A DNA stretch of 64,000 nucleotides from Chrysomallon squamiferum. Its lineage: Eukaryota; Animalia; Mollusca. Shown piece after piece: positions 1-13,922 of the stretch. The notes below the pieces were generated by a model. The model worked only from the letters and a program-made list of their open reading frames with translations. It did not search any database and had not been told where the DNA came from. Both the position numbers and the translations under genes were made by a program. Numbering within the stretch: the first letter of the stretch is position 1; each line of letters begins with the position of its first letter. The stretch spans positions 62,001-126,000 of the forward strand of contig CM022668.1 in the NCBI GenBank assembly GCA_012295275.1, read 5' to 3'.

Positions 1-65
1 TTCTAATCACCTTCTCAAAATGAGTTAAACAAAACCTACAACCCCCCACAAACAATTATAAGTAT

Positions 66-93
66 CTATTATTATTATTGTTATTATTATTAT

Positions 94-131
<38 letters not shown>

Positions 132-135
132 TTGC

Positions 136-196
<61 letters not shown>
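66..196. repeat. Compound (TAT)n/(TAG)n microsatellite
   Basis: Directly visible trinucleotide runs; they produce the poly-N/poly-T ORF 56..274. Confidence 0.95.
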
Positions 197-198
<2 letters not shown>

Positions 199-1636
199 AT
201 TCTCCAGAAAGACTCGCTGGTTTGTTTGATAGTAAACTTTGTATTTGAATTAGACAATAAATCAATGCCAGCACTAAAGAGACAATTGTTTATAATTTAT
301 CTCTTTTTATTAATCTTCTATTATATAATGTGATTCATTTCTTTTATTTTCTTCTTTTTTTATTTATATACACCTATATAGATATATATTTTTTGTTTTT
401 TCTTTCTTTTTTTATTTTCGTATTTTAAAGTGTGATTTTAAATAAATGCGTGTGCGAGCCCCGACATGAAATGTTTCTGTTTCACAAAGAAGGGCAATAG
501 GAGGACATATGCAACTAAATGTATGCCTATTAGAGTTTGTGTTTGTAAGTGTCTACAGCCTCAGCAAAGAAACAAAATAAGGTAAGCTAAACGGTGTAAT
601 TAAAATAAAAAATATAAACAAAGCAATAAAACTTACATTGAAAGTAAAGTTCTTACCGCTTAGTGAGAAAAGTTACAATAACAAATCACAATAAATGTAG
701 TGTTTTTTATGTATGTTTTCTCTTTCTTACTTTTTCTCCTTCCTGGTTTGTGCAAATACACATGTTTAAACAAACAATAAATAAATAAATAAATAAATAA
801 TTTAAAACAAATAAAAAAATGTGTTCTATACTACACGTGCGTGCCATCTGCTCTATCTGTATCTTTACTTCACTGTGGACTGCACGCATATAAAAGACGT
901 GGCGTTCAATAACTGTGTGCACTGACAGTGTTTCTGTTAAACATCCAAACGTAAATTACAATATTTATAAATACGTCATCTTAGAAAAGCCACATTCATA
1001 CAGGTAAAGAAGATTATAACTTAATAAAACTGCTGAAACGATAACACGTTATATTGTCATATAAAATTAATTTAAATGGTGTATGTGTGTTGTTTAGGGA
1101 GTGTATGGTGCGTGTGGTGTTTGTCATGTCTGTGTGTGTGGTGCGTGTTTTAGTGTGTAGAGTATATTGTGCGTGTGGTGCGTGTGGAGTGTGTGGTGTG
1201 TGCGGTCTTTGTGGTGCGTGTATGAATTATCTATGAATTAATGGTATACTGATCATATTATAAGGCAGGTTATTAATCAAAATTATTTATACCTGAAAGT
1301 ATTTGTGTAAATTTGTAGAAATATAAATTGTTTGACAAGATAAATACATGTCATTATTTACAATCATATTACAAAATTAATCATTAGAATCTGTAATAAT
1401 GTTTGCAGTAGGCACTGGATTGGAAAATGGATGACAAATAAAAAATAAATTAATAAAATAAATACATAGCTTAATTTGTGTGTATGTGTGTGCGTGTGTC
1501 TGTGTATTTGTGATTGTGTATGTACATGTGTCCACCAATGCACAACCACTGTAAACACAAAACATAGGGATTCATATATATTTTATTTATACTCATCAAT
1601 ATTCAGTCCATTTCAGAAGCTTACCTCTATCACACA

Positions 1637-1667
<31 letters not shown>

Positions 1668-2789
1668 TGCCTGTGTGTTATGTGTATACAGACAGACAGA
1701 TCGATAGATCTGACAGATCCTGAAATCACTATAAATAGTTGCAATATATGATCACTAGATAAGTTTCTATATTTTCAGTCAGTAAACAAAAACAATATAA
1801 CTTTTTTTAATATTTAATTACCAGTTTAATCTTAAAACCTCATAGTTCTTATACAAATTGCAGCATGCGTTTGTTTTTAGACAGCACTGTAATCAGTAGC
1901 TCGGCCCTCATGCCAGGCGGACAGCCCGTGGTTAGGGTCCGGGCAGGGAGGGTGAGTAGAGCTCACCCGTTTTTATCCTGTCTGCCCCTCTGCCCTAGTC
2001 TGCCCCGCCCTAAGACAGCTTGTGAAGGTACCAGAACCAAGTTGAAACTTTAGTTTCTTGGCAGCATGTTCATATATGTGACATCGTGGGATCGAATCTT
2101 GGCGTACGGCGTTTTCGGAGGTTCTGTTTATCCCGTACGGATAACGTAAGCTTTGGGAGTACATCTCACATAAAGGACATAAGTCTAATCAATGTTTGTG
2201 AACACATATCACTAAAGGGAGATAACTTTAATCGATATAATTTTTACTTCGCGGTGAAAATTGTATACGTTATTTATCATGATTAGAGAAAGAAAGATTT
2301 GGGTTTCACTACGACTGTAAGTTTGTATGTTTTCATAAAAATTTCATTTCACTGTAAAAATGTAGTATAAAAATTTCAAATACATGTAAATACTGTTTTT
2401 CAGCCTTTTCATACTGATATGTTATTTAAATTTCACAAATATAATGATTTCTAGAGCGTGATATGTAACATCAATTCAACTGTTTAAAAGTTTAATTAAG
2501 TTTGTGTGCATGCGCGTGTCTGTGTGTTTCATCTAACTTCAAATTATATTTTTATTATTGATATTATTGTTAATATTGTGGTTGTAGTATATAATTATAA
2601 TTATTTTTATTTTTGTTGTTATTGTTAATATTGCTGTTATAGCTATTGCTTTTGCTGTTGGTTAACTTTGCTTTAGGAAAAATGGTTAATTTTGTGTGAA
2701 GAGAAGAATGCGACTTAGAGAGAGAAAGACAGAGTGAGGGAAAGCGAGTGAGAGACAGATGAGAAAGATACAAAGACAGACAGAGAGAG

Positions 2790-2934
<145 letters not shown>

Positions 2935-4694
2935 CGAATCGCTATGGGACCAAGTCCAGTTTTGAAGGATGGTCTGTTTACTTAGGGTGCAGTTCTGAGC
3001 TAAATTAGTAACAAACAATACAACAACAATAAAAAGAAGAAAAAAAAGCTAATCTTTGTAACAAAACAGCTGAGAATAAACATGTTTCGTTCAGTTATTT
3101 AAACATTACAGCTATTAATCCCTCGATCGGTATTTGTCAACTGCAAAGCAATGACACAGAAGCATGCGCACATACGATTAGTTCTGAGTACGCAATCGCA
3201 TTATCAGCTGACTCGGTACTGGTAATGCAGTAAGGATTCACGTAAACAGGACCCTCTGGTAAAATTTGCATTAGAGGAACACATTGGAACGGGATAATTT
3301 CATCGGCTGCTGTTTGGAGGCATTTCTGATTTGTTTGGCAAATTTCACGGAATCGTGAGAGAATTCCGGTTTATCGGGTTAAGTTTTGGGAGGTTTCACT
3401 GTACACACGTTCATACACGTTCCACGTGCACTGAAACTGATACTATAGAACATTCCATTTCTGTTGTGAATTTCCCAAAAATTAAAAAATAAATAATAAT
3501 AATAAAAATTAAAAATTAAAAAAATAAATAAATAAACAAATAAATAAATAAATAAATTCAAAAACAGAAAACAACAAAAAATAATAAAAATGTAAAAATA
3601 ATAATAATTAAAACAAAATAAAACCTAACAAAATTCAGTTAAAAAATCTTTAGTTTTCTATTCATTTACAGATAACAATAAACACTGCTGACGACTTTAT
3701 TTATTTATTTATTTATTATTATTATTATCATTTTTTTTTTAATATAAAACAGATTTTTTTTATAATGTGTTTTTAATGTTCGAAAAACCATTGTTGCATT
3801 TAATGAAATCTTTATCAGCACGTGCTGAGCGAGTAAGATACACAGGTGTGTTTCTGATTTATTCTGGTGTTTTAGATGTTTCTGGTTGGCGGTTATTTAA
3901 GTTAGAACAGGTAAGTGTATGTTTGTGTGGTGTGTGTGTTTACTTGTGCGTGTGTATGTGTGTGTACTTGTGTTTGTGTGTGTATGTGTGTCAGTGTGTT
4001 AGCAGACTGTTATTGGACTTGTAGCTTTCTGATGCAGTACACTTTGTTTTATGTATATTTTTTTATGAATCTTGCAGGTGAACGTGTTTTTCGCTATGAG
4101 CGTGAAACAGCTGACAAACGATATTTTATTATTTTTCTCTGTTAGACGTTTGTCACTGAAACTGATATTTTCTGATGTTGAAGAACACGTTTTATTTTTG
4201 TATCTGTTTTTATTTGTTATTATTAGTTATTTATTTATTATCTTGAGGTCTTATTTCTATAATATTATTACTATTATTTTAATGCGTTTATTTATTACCA
4301 TTTGCATTTTTTTGAACAAGTGAAAAATAGATACAATCGTAAGTACGCGCGTACGTACATACTTGCTTCCATGTATGGACGCATACATAGATAAATACAC
4401 AACATTATTATCAAAAATAAATAAATGGTTTATGAATGTTTTTCATTTAATTTGTTAGAATCTAGAGGAAATTAATTCAAATAAATGTATATCTATATCT
4501 AAAGCAGAAGAAGAAAACCGATGATATTATTTGCTTCTTAAATCTAATTTTATCTAACAATGCGACATTTTATATTTTCTGTAGTGAGGAGACAGTTTGT
4601 GTATTAAAATCAGATAATGTAATATACATACAGTGAAATTAATTTTATGTAACAATATCTTATAGTAACAGAAAGACACAGAGTGACGAAGAAA

Positions 4695-5080
4695 GAATGA
4701 CAGAGAGAGACAGAGATAGACGGAGAGAGAGAAAGAGAGACAGAGAGAGAAAGTGAGAGAGAGAGACAGAGAGAGAGAATGAGAGACAGAGATAGACGAA
4801 GGAGAAAGAGAAACAGAGAGACAGACAGAGATAGAAAGAGAGAGAGACAGGAAGACAGTCAGACAGAGAGAGAGACAGAGAAAGATACCGAGAAAATCAG
4901 AGAAAGAAAGAGAGAGAGGGACAGAGAGAGAGACAGAGAAAGAAAGACAGAGAGATAGAGAGAGAGAATAACAGAGAGAATAACAGAGAGGGAGAAAGAG
5001 AGACAGAGAGAAAAAGAGAGAGAGACAGAGGGAGAGAGACAGGGAGAGAGTCAGAGAGAGAACGAGAATGAGAGAAAGAG
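4695..5080. repeat. Degenerate GA/GACA-rich low-complexity tract
   Basis: About 390 bp purine-rich tract made of GAGA/GACA/GAAA variants. Confidence 0.9.
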
Positions 5081-5399
5081 TGATCTAAACCGAGAAAATT
5101 CTACGCGCTTATTTTAATTATTATTTTCTGTATTCTTGGTGGTTTTTATTTTATTATATATTCATAATCTATTTGAACAAGTGCTAAAAAGTACAACAAT
5201 TTGAATAATTTTATCGATGAACTGAGCGATCATCTGCTAGAAACGCAGGAAAACATTTCAACATTCTTCCTGATCTGTAGCGAATAATCAAGGTGTGGTT
5301 GGAAGGTTCTTTGGTTAATTTAAAATTTTAAAGATTTTTTAAAAATTTCGAAGCCAAACAGGTTCTTTCAGTTGTTTGAGTACTGGCTTCAGTGTGCTG

Positions 5400-5860
5400 A
5401 TCAGCTTCCTCCCTCTGTTGTATTATTGGCGCCCTGCAAACCGAGCTTCATCTATTTGCAATGCTCTTCATCAGTTCTTACAATTCTCCACGATTGTTAA
5501 CGGAAACGATTTGGGTACAAATGTCACGACACATGTTGGACCAATCACATATTGATTCGTTACCTCCACCAGTCAAATCTTGCATGTTCAATAAAATAAA
5601 ATAAACGTTAATACTAAAATTTGGCACTTTTTTATTTAAATCTGTATAATGGAAAACAAAAACATTTTCGGCGCCAGTTTTGCAACGTAAAGTTGGCAGG
5701 ATTTCACCGTTTTTTTACTTCGAGCTGCCTTCATTTCTTCACCACAACGATAACCTGGTGCAGCGTTTTTTTCTTCATCATCTACAAGGCCATTTCTTCG
5801 TAAAAATTCAACTGCCTTCGTCTCGTCCCTGATCACGTCGTAAAACGCTTCAGTCAAAAT
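5400..5860 (-). mobile_element. Degenerate Merlin (IS1016/ISXO2-like) DNA transposon transposase remnant
   Basis: Minus strand 5402-5458 reads QIDEARFAGRQ*YNRGRKL, the Merlin/ISXO2 'IDE..F.RKYNRGR' motif with a stop. ORF 5636-5857 (KAVEFLRRNGLV...RCGEEM) resembles the Merlin N-terminus. Frameshifts and stops lie between; element ends not defined. Confidence 0.75.
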
Positions 5861-6879
5861 CTTAAGAGTTCTTTAGAAACATAAAAGTAAATGAATAAGT
5901 GGCCTGGAAGTGATATTCTTATAAATGTATCATAATCTTAAAAGTATTATAAACTTTACATGAAAGTTTGAATGTGGTAGAAAACTTTGATGAAAAATTC
6001 GGTAAAATCTACTGACTATTTTCAAAAAACAAACCGCTTTTAAAAAGCATTATCGGAAAGACAAATATTTTATCCTTAAGAAATAACAGAAATGAAGATT
6101 AAAGCAGCCACACATCGGCCCAATCTGAAAGTGACGTCACCAGACCATGGCCATTCTTTTTTATAAAATATCGACTGAACCTCCAACTTACTATTTATGT
6201 GATTAAATCTGGGTTGATGACATGGAAACCGGTTACGTATTCATTGCCTGATTGTGCCGCTTTGCCTAATAAAATCATCAAAGTTAATTAGGCACATAAC
6301 TTCTCGACATAATGTTAGTTACAGGCTGTATACAGGAGGCCTTCAGCACAAAATCGGGGGAGGTTTTGAGCATTTATTTTCTCACGCCCTAAACGATAAA
6401 TATCTACGGTCACGAGACTTCAATTTTCATTTTTGTTGTTGTGATCTAAAACTAGCAGTCATTTGTGATTATTTTTTTTTTGTATATACGTTTTTATTAC
6501 ATTTTTAAAAATTATTTATATTATTTTATTATATTTATTATTAATATTCTTCTTCTTCTTATTTTTTTTTTTTCAAAGAGAAATGATGAACCCCTAAAAA
6601 AATAAAATTTCCGGTTTTCTAATTTATCCCTTCTAAATGTATTTAATCATCTAGATCTAATGAATTTGTTTTATTTCGCAAACTAAGAGATACATGCATA
6701 AATACTATTTCTACAGCCGGTAGAGGGAGGCCCAATGAGGGTTATTAACCTTAAAATGGAAATATTATAATACTGTTTGCACATGAATTACAAGACTGAA
6801 ACAAGGTATAAAATATAATAAAAGATTGTTAAAAATTCAGTCATATATTTTTGTAAATATATCACTTACAGCATTGATA

Positions 6880-6937
<58 letters not shown>

Positions 6938-7328
6938 TGTATTATTATTATTTTAATTTTAATTTTAATTAAATGAATGAATGAATTAATTTATTTTATT
7001 TATTACTTGTTTTTGGCAGACGCGAATGGTAATTTTGTTAACAGTAACACAAAGAGGAAAACAGATTATAATCAGAACCGAACAGTGATTTCGGGCAGGA
7101 ACATTTATTTTTAAAATCGTCAGTTAAATAAGAAAATAGAAGGCATACGGCTTAATAAAAACATGATTCATGTATTTGTTAAAATTTACATATACATATA
7201 CACCTATATATAAACTGTTTTGTGAATCAAGTAGGCTACATACATCATTTTTTCTTTTTTATTTGTTCTTTGCATTCACGGAAACATACGATGATCTCCG
7301 ATTGTTCATTCCCAATGATCTCAATATG

Positions 7329-7400
<72 letters not shown>

Positions 7401-7559
7401 TCAAATAGGGTGATTTAACATGATGGCTGTGTGTCTGTCTGTCTGTCTGTGTGTGTGTGTCTGGTTTCAACTGGCGAGGTGTCTCATGAGACAGATTCTT
7501 GTGGAGTCTTTATTCACTGTGAGTTTTCGGACCCAGACTGGAAATAGTCATGTGAATCT

Positions 7560-7760
7560 TCTCATAACAGTAGACTCTCCTGATTTATACTTTATTTTAT
7601 GAAATGTTTTATCCTGTCTGTGGAATGGTGCAAATCAAATATCCCTTGTTGCTAAATGGAAAGACTAATTCATGTAATAGCCGCAGCGGGTTTGCTTTCT
7701 CAGTAACTTAGTTAATAATATATCTGACGCAATGTACCTGTAAATAAAATGTGTGTTTCG
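7560..7760 (+). mobile_element. Possible degraded SINE-like repeat
   Basis: CCCTTGTTGCTAAATGGAAAG...CAGCGGGTTT...GTAAATAAAATGTG resembles, from memory only, an abundant gastropod SINE-like repeat. Weak opposite-strand similarity near 37480-37520. Not verified. Confidence 0.3.
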
Positions 7761-7892
7761 TTGTAACCTACCTTTTTTCTTCCTTCATTTGTTTATCACA
7801 ATTTAATTTTGTAATCCTTGTAAAATATATTTATATTTTAGTATCGTTGCTTACTATGCATTAATAAAGCGACATTGTTACATATGGAAATA

Positions 7893-8621
7893 CAGGGGTA
7901 CCTTGACTCATGAGTTTAATTCGTTCCGTGACCGAACTCGTAACTCAATTTGCTCGTATATCAAATCAATTTTCCCAACTGAAGTCATTAATCCGTTCCA
8001 GGCCCCCAAAACCACCCCATTTTTTTGTAACGTGTTTTTAAAGAAGAAAAATGTATTTATAAATGACAAATATTGTATGAAAATAAAATAAAAGAGAGTG
8101 TAAAGAAATAATTTGGTTTTGTAAAATGTATTTATCTTGGGGATCAGACAAATTATTTTAATGCCTTTGGCTGGAGCGTTTATCGACTCCTTTAGCTTCA
8201 GTATGGTACGTATCGTAGAAGTACAAGCTCGTACTGCTTATCCAAGTCGACTACATACACACCTCACTCATGTTTTTCTGTTAATTCAAGCTTTGATTCA
8301 ATGGACATCATCTGCTTCTTCTCAGCACTGTCCTTTGCACTCACCTTCTTTCGATCCATGTTCACAAAAAGGAAATTTGGAAAAATACTGCACAAAACGA
8401 GAACATAACACAACAGAGATACTTCCGCAGCGAGGAATCAATATAAAGTAAATGAGTGAGACGCGGGATTCTGGCCGGATGTTGGGTTGTTCATTGCACC
8501 AACTAGCGGAGGCGTATCTGAAGCTCGCTCGTAACTCGGATTTTAGCTCGCAACTCAAAGCAATAATTAGCTAATTCGGAAAATTCGTAAGTTGGGGCGC
8601 TCGTAAGTCAAAGAACCACTG
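7893..8621 (-). mobile_element. Tigger/pogo-derived non-autonomous element (copy 1)
   Basis: TA|CAGGGGTACCTTGACTCATGAG ... CTCGTAAGTCAAAGAACCACTG|TA gives imperfect TIRs with a TA target duplication. It is colinear with the copy at 27557-28150 and carries a decayed CENP-B-type HTH remnant. Confidence 0.85.
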
Positions 8622-9340
8622 TATATTCATTCATTATTTTAATTGTATTATTTAGGATATAGAGTCGATACACATTTGAAGAAGAAGATAGTTTAATTCA
8701 AATTAAAGTTTGCTATTAATGTGTAATATCTCCCTAAATTAAAGTTTGTAAACTACGTAATGGTTCTAGAGAAAACAGAATACATTTCAAAAATTATTTT
8801 TGAAAACTGTAGTCTGATTCAAGTAAAATTTAGACGTGATTAGAAAGCAAACATTGTATATTCTGTTAAATAAATACTATTTAAAATCTCGCCCTATACA
8901 CGTGCATATATTGTTTAAAAAAAAAAAAAAAAAATCCCATTAATTATTTTGTTAATCAAACAGCCAATAAATTTCTGTCCATTAATGTAATAAGATCATG
9001 AAAAAATATAGCTCTCTAATTAAATACTAAAAACACAATTTGTTGAATATTTAACTTATAAGTGTATTTATATGAAATTTTTTGTTTCTTATTGTCAACA
9101 AAAAGTCAATGGTTGTATTCTTGAATTATATAAAATTTTGTATCTTTTAACTCAGATTTAAGTAATACGATAAAATAATTCAAAACTGTTTTGAAATATT
9201 TTTAAATTGGTTTGAAATAAAATAACGTAATCTTGATGTTGTTGTTGTTGTTGTTGTTGTTGTTTGTCTCTTTATGAAATTTTGCTTTTGTTGTTATTTA
9301 TTTATTTATTTATTATTGTTGTTGTTGTTGTTTTAAATTA

Positions 9341-9584
9341 GAGGTTGGGAATCCTTTATACGAAATGCTTTGGGCTCGAAGTGTTTCGATTTTAGAATAT
9401 AAGGAGATATACCAGCATAGCATCTAAATGCATACATAATTCTTATACTGCTTATACAAATAGTCTGCAATATTTTTTATATAATATTTTTAATTATTTT
9501 GTGCATAAAATAAATCTGTAAAATATTATTATTTCTGCTGCACCGAACAAATTTAGGATTTCATAATTTCGAATTCTCAGCCTG
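9341..9584 (+). mobile_element. Tigger4/Zombi-like MITE
   Basis: TA|GAGGTTGGGAATCCTTTATACGAAATGCTTTGGGCTCGAAGTGTTTCGATTT ... GAATTCTCAGCCTG gives degenerate TIRs. The sequence resembles the Tigger4/MER46 consensus as recalled. Confidence 0.55.
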
Positions 9585-10274
9585 TGTTATGTTATTATTT
9601 TCTCAAAATACTGACGGACGTATTTCGCAACGTTTGTGACTGTCCGAAGTGCGCTTTTCCGGTGTTTGTTAAACAGTGGAAGTTCACACACACACACACA
9701 CACACACACACTTTGGAAACAAAATATAATACAGTTTTTAAACAAGAAAAATAGAAAAAAGAAATAAAAAACGAAAGAAAGAAAGAAAACAAATGTTATT
9801 AATACACCAGATTTCCATCCCAACATTATACAAATCGTACTTTATCTTGATAAAATTTAATTTGCTCCGCGTAATCAGATGACCATCTATAGTTCACGGC
9901 AGAACATTGTATGTCATCTGTATTTAATTGTTTTGAAAATCAGCTGGCAATCTTCAGTTTCTATGAATAAGCAGATGACAAGTCGTAGAAGGATACAACT
10001 GCATCACAGATATATTGTTGGTAGGAGTAGTTGGAGAATAGCAGCAGCAGCAGCAGCAAGAGTAGTAGAAGTAGTAGTAGAAGTAATAGTAGTAGTAGTG
10101 GTAGTAGTGATAGTAGTTAAACGAGAATGGTGCATTCTGTTTCACTGTTGTTGTTTTTTGATGATTGTATCTGTCAAATCCAATTAACATTTGTCCCTGC
10201 TGCAAGGTCATATGTCAGGCTATATATTTATTATAACAGCTGTCAGGTGCACCCCACTGCTTACCTGTGAATCT

Positions 10275-10310
10275 AATATAAAGTGTACCAATGTACACGT
10301 TGTCACTCAC
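10275..10310 (+). promoter_or_regulatory. Candidate TATA box and initiator of the small secreted-peptide gene
   Basis: TATAAAG at 10277-10283 and TCACTC about 25-30 nt downstream. E-boxes (CAGCTG, CAGGTG) lie at 10237-10249, and the ATG is at 10373. Confidence 0.4.
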
Positions 10311-10372
10311 ACGAACATTTATAACAGGTAAACTCATCCGTCGTTTGACTACGTTTTGTCTGCAAGAAGAAA

Positions 10373-10776
10373 ATGAAGTTGTGTCTGCTTGTTACAGTGC
10401 TAGTTCTAGCATGCCTGACCGCAGCAGATTCAAGCGGAGGGGGTTGGTGGTGGGACCCTGAACATGAACACGATCACCATCATGATGAAAGCTGCGTTGA
10501 AAAGTAATCTTTTAAATTTAAATTATATTTCTTTCTTTACTTATTCTGTTAATTTATTTTTGTTTACCACTACCAGATTTGTTCAGTAGTGGATCTACAA
10601 ATGATGTGTATAATAATTTCAATAGTAATAGTTTATAAATTTATAAAACCAAACCACGGAAATTCCTTTCACAAAGAAAATATTTTTTACCAAGCTGATT
10701 TTGTGTTTTAGAACTAAAAAGATGGAGGTGGAAGTTGACTGTTTGATAAAGCAGTTGGACGACTGCGAAGCTTTAT
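10373..10776 (+). CDS. Small secreted Trp/His/acidic-rich peptide precursor (not in ORF track)
   Basis: 10373-10507 reads MKLCLLVTVLVLACLTAADSSGGGWWWDPEHEHDHHHDESCVEK*, a clear signal peptide followed by WWW and EHEHDHHHDE. A phase-2 donor AA|GTAATC at 10504 matches the only open phase of an exon at 10712-10776 (TTTTAG|...TTAT|GTAAG; KTKKMEVEVDCLIKQLDDCEAL). A possible last exon starts at 11863 (TTACAG|) with AATAAA at about 11933. The 3' structure is uncertain. Confidence 0.6.
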
Positions 10777-11034
10777 GTAAGATACATTTATAATACTCAA
10801 TATAAAAGAAATTTGATTTGTTTCTCTGAGTGTATGTTTGCGTTTGTGGATGTGTGCGGATATGTGTTTGGATTTGTGTGCGTATGTGTGGATACATGTT
10901 TGTGTTTATGTGTTTCTGTGACGTGTACCCTTATTGTATCTTACATTTTCACGGGCATACATTCGCACATTCATCAGCTTGTTAGAACCAATATATAGAG
11001 TCATACATTAATACATGCATCCACAAGTGCAATA

Positions 11035-11143
<109 letters not shown>

Positions 11144-11202
11144 TATGTTACTTTTAAATTAATTCTGTCAAAAACAAATAATGACTGTTTGTTTTATATA
11201 CT

Positions 11203-11259
<57 letters not shown>

Positions 11260-11592
11260 TGGGTATCGTATTTGATTCTTACCTTTTCTGATTGATGTTT
11301 TATGTATGTTTCTTGCTCCTTCATAACTAAGTTTTTGAGTTATATAGTCACACACAAACAAGTGAAGTATTTTATTTCTCAAATATTTTGTTTCATTATT
11401 ACTTATTTATTTCGTTTAGACTTTTTTGGTTTCTTTTCTTTTCTTCTCTTCATTTACTTTTTTTTGTTTATTATTTCTTTGAATTTTACCTTCTTCTTTT
11501 CATTTTTCATATATATATATATATATATTGTCATATCTCTATTTACATGAGTACACAACAGATACGTTTATTATTATTATTATTACTATTAC

Positions 11593-11661
<69 letters not shown>

Positions 11662-12397
11662 CATTAAACTGATTTTGGTTTTGGTTGATTTCGTTACTAT
11701 AATTAGTAAATTTAGCTAACTTAAAGCTGTCATGATATATAATGTGTGTGTATATGTGAGTGAGTTTGTCTCTCTCTGTGTTTGCATCCGTGCGTGCGTG
11801 TGTGTGTACATTTGAAGATTCATAAACCAAAGATATTATTAAACTGTTGTATTTATTTACAGGATTTGACTGATAACAACTTTAGAACTCAGAAGATTAC
11901 GGATGAAAAATTCAGTGATCCCATCAAAGTGAAATAAACAAACATATAAAATATTTTCACTTTTGACTTTATGTTATAGTCATATACCCGGTCTGATCTA
12001 ATCTTTGTCTTTTATTAGCATTTAGAAAGAGTTCACTGTACACTGTTGAGTTAGTGTAGTTGTAGGAGTATTAAATCTAAATTCTGAGTGCAAATAATTG
12101 TATCAGTATTCCTAAATATAACAATACTTTCAATCTGATGTCAGAATCGAAAATTTGTCTCTTATTAGTTCAAGATGATTTTCGTTAAATATATTAATCA
12201 GTACAGTCGAAATTATTTGATGATATTAGGTTTTCATTAATATGTTAGTATTATTCAGTAATATAAAATTAACGAAAGAAAAAGAAATCTAGTCAACATC
12301 ATGCGACTTTTTCTAATCAGCAGTTCTGTTCCATTCTTACATTTCATCACCAGTAATTTGTGATACTGCTACTGTTACTACTACTTACTACTTATTG

Positions 12398-12439
<42 letters not shown>

Positions 12440-13823
12440 TACTGCTACTGCTACTGCTACTGCTACTAATACTAATACTACTACTCTACTGCTACTGCTA
12501 CTACTACTACTACTACTAATAATAATAATACAACTACTGTTTATGCTATTGCTGCTCTGTATACTACTACTTATACTGTTACTAGCACCAGTTATTGCTA
12601 AAAAAAAAATAATACTTTTATTAGTAACAATAATATGATGCTACCACCATTTGTACTACCTTTACTACTACTGCTGCTGATGTTGCCACTGCCGTTTATA
12701 CTAATACCAGGCTATGCATTTTACGGTCGCCCGATTGTCCACGGCGAGTCAAAATGGCGAATCATTGATTTCTACTGGTTCGTACTAGTACCTGCGCAAC
12801 TAAACTCATATAGGACATAACAGTGACCACTTCCTTGTCTATCGAACAGTGTGAAAGTATATGTATTCGAAAAACCTCTACCACTTATGCTACTAATATT
12901 TATTGATGATTTTAATATTTGATGATTTTCAAAGTGATGTAAAATATATAAATAACGGAGACTATATGTGTCCTACTTTTGTTTCCTACGAGCAGTAGAT
13001 TGTTGTCTCATTGCTCACAGTGAATTAAAAATGTATGGCATGCGGTGATCTCATTCTTACAAACTGTAGATGGTCAACTGATAATTCACAGAAAATTAAA
13101 TAAACGCCAGATTCAGGTGTGTGCAGGTGTGCGTCAAATTACTGAGACGCAGGGGGGTTCACTTCAAATACAGACAGGTTCCTTAAAGCAAATCAAATAA
13201 ACAAGAGATGCGCGTGTCTGCCATCAACTATGGACTGAAGATGCAGCATTCTCTCTTGAACTTTATATGCTCGTTGGGTAACATAAAGCAAATTAAATAT
13301 GCTCTGTATGCAGAGCTTAAGTACCAGTGTGCTCGAGTTAACAGTGAAATTTGTAAATAAAAATAATCTGTCTTAATGTCAGTATTCTTTACAAAAATGT
13401 CATATATTTGTTTGATCTTTCAAACTGCATATAAGAATCCTTGATTACTATCTAAAAAATAACTGCTTTATTTAAATTCAGTAAACAGATTATCCTAAAT
13501 TGGGGTATGAAGGCCACCGAAATATTAGATATTTTCTTCAACTGAAGTCGAAGAAAAAACAAAGCCAATGCAAAATACAGAGTCCAAACAAAAATATCAT
13601 TAGCATTTAGAACTAATGAAGAAAAACACCTCTCGAAAGAAAGAAAAAAGTTAGTTTTCTTACAAATCGCCCAATCTCATTCTTACAAACTTAATTTAAA
13701 AATATATTTAAAAATCAACAGGTTTTATGAGATTCACTAATAATTTGTCGAAGATGCAGAAACGCTAAATGTTTTCAGTTGCCACGCATTTTCTGTAATT
13801 CAGACATATTAACATACACATAA

Positions 13824-13922
<99 letters not shown>

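Noticed and set aside
4078-4145. Candidate exon GERVFRYERETADKR after TCTTGCAG
   Set aside because: No convincing donor, partner exons or recognisable motif.
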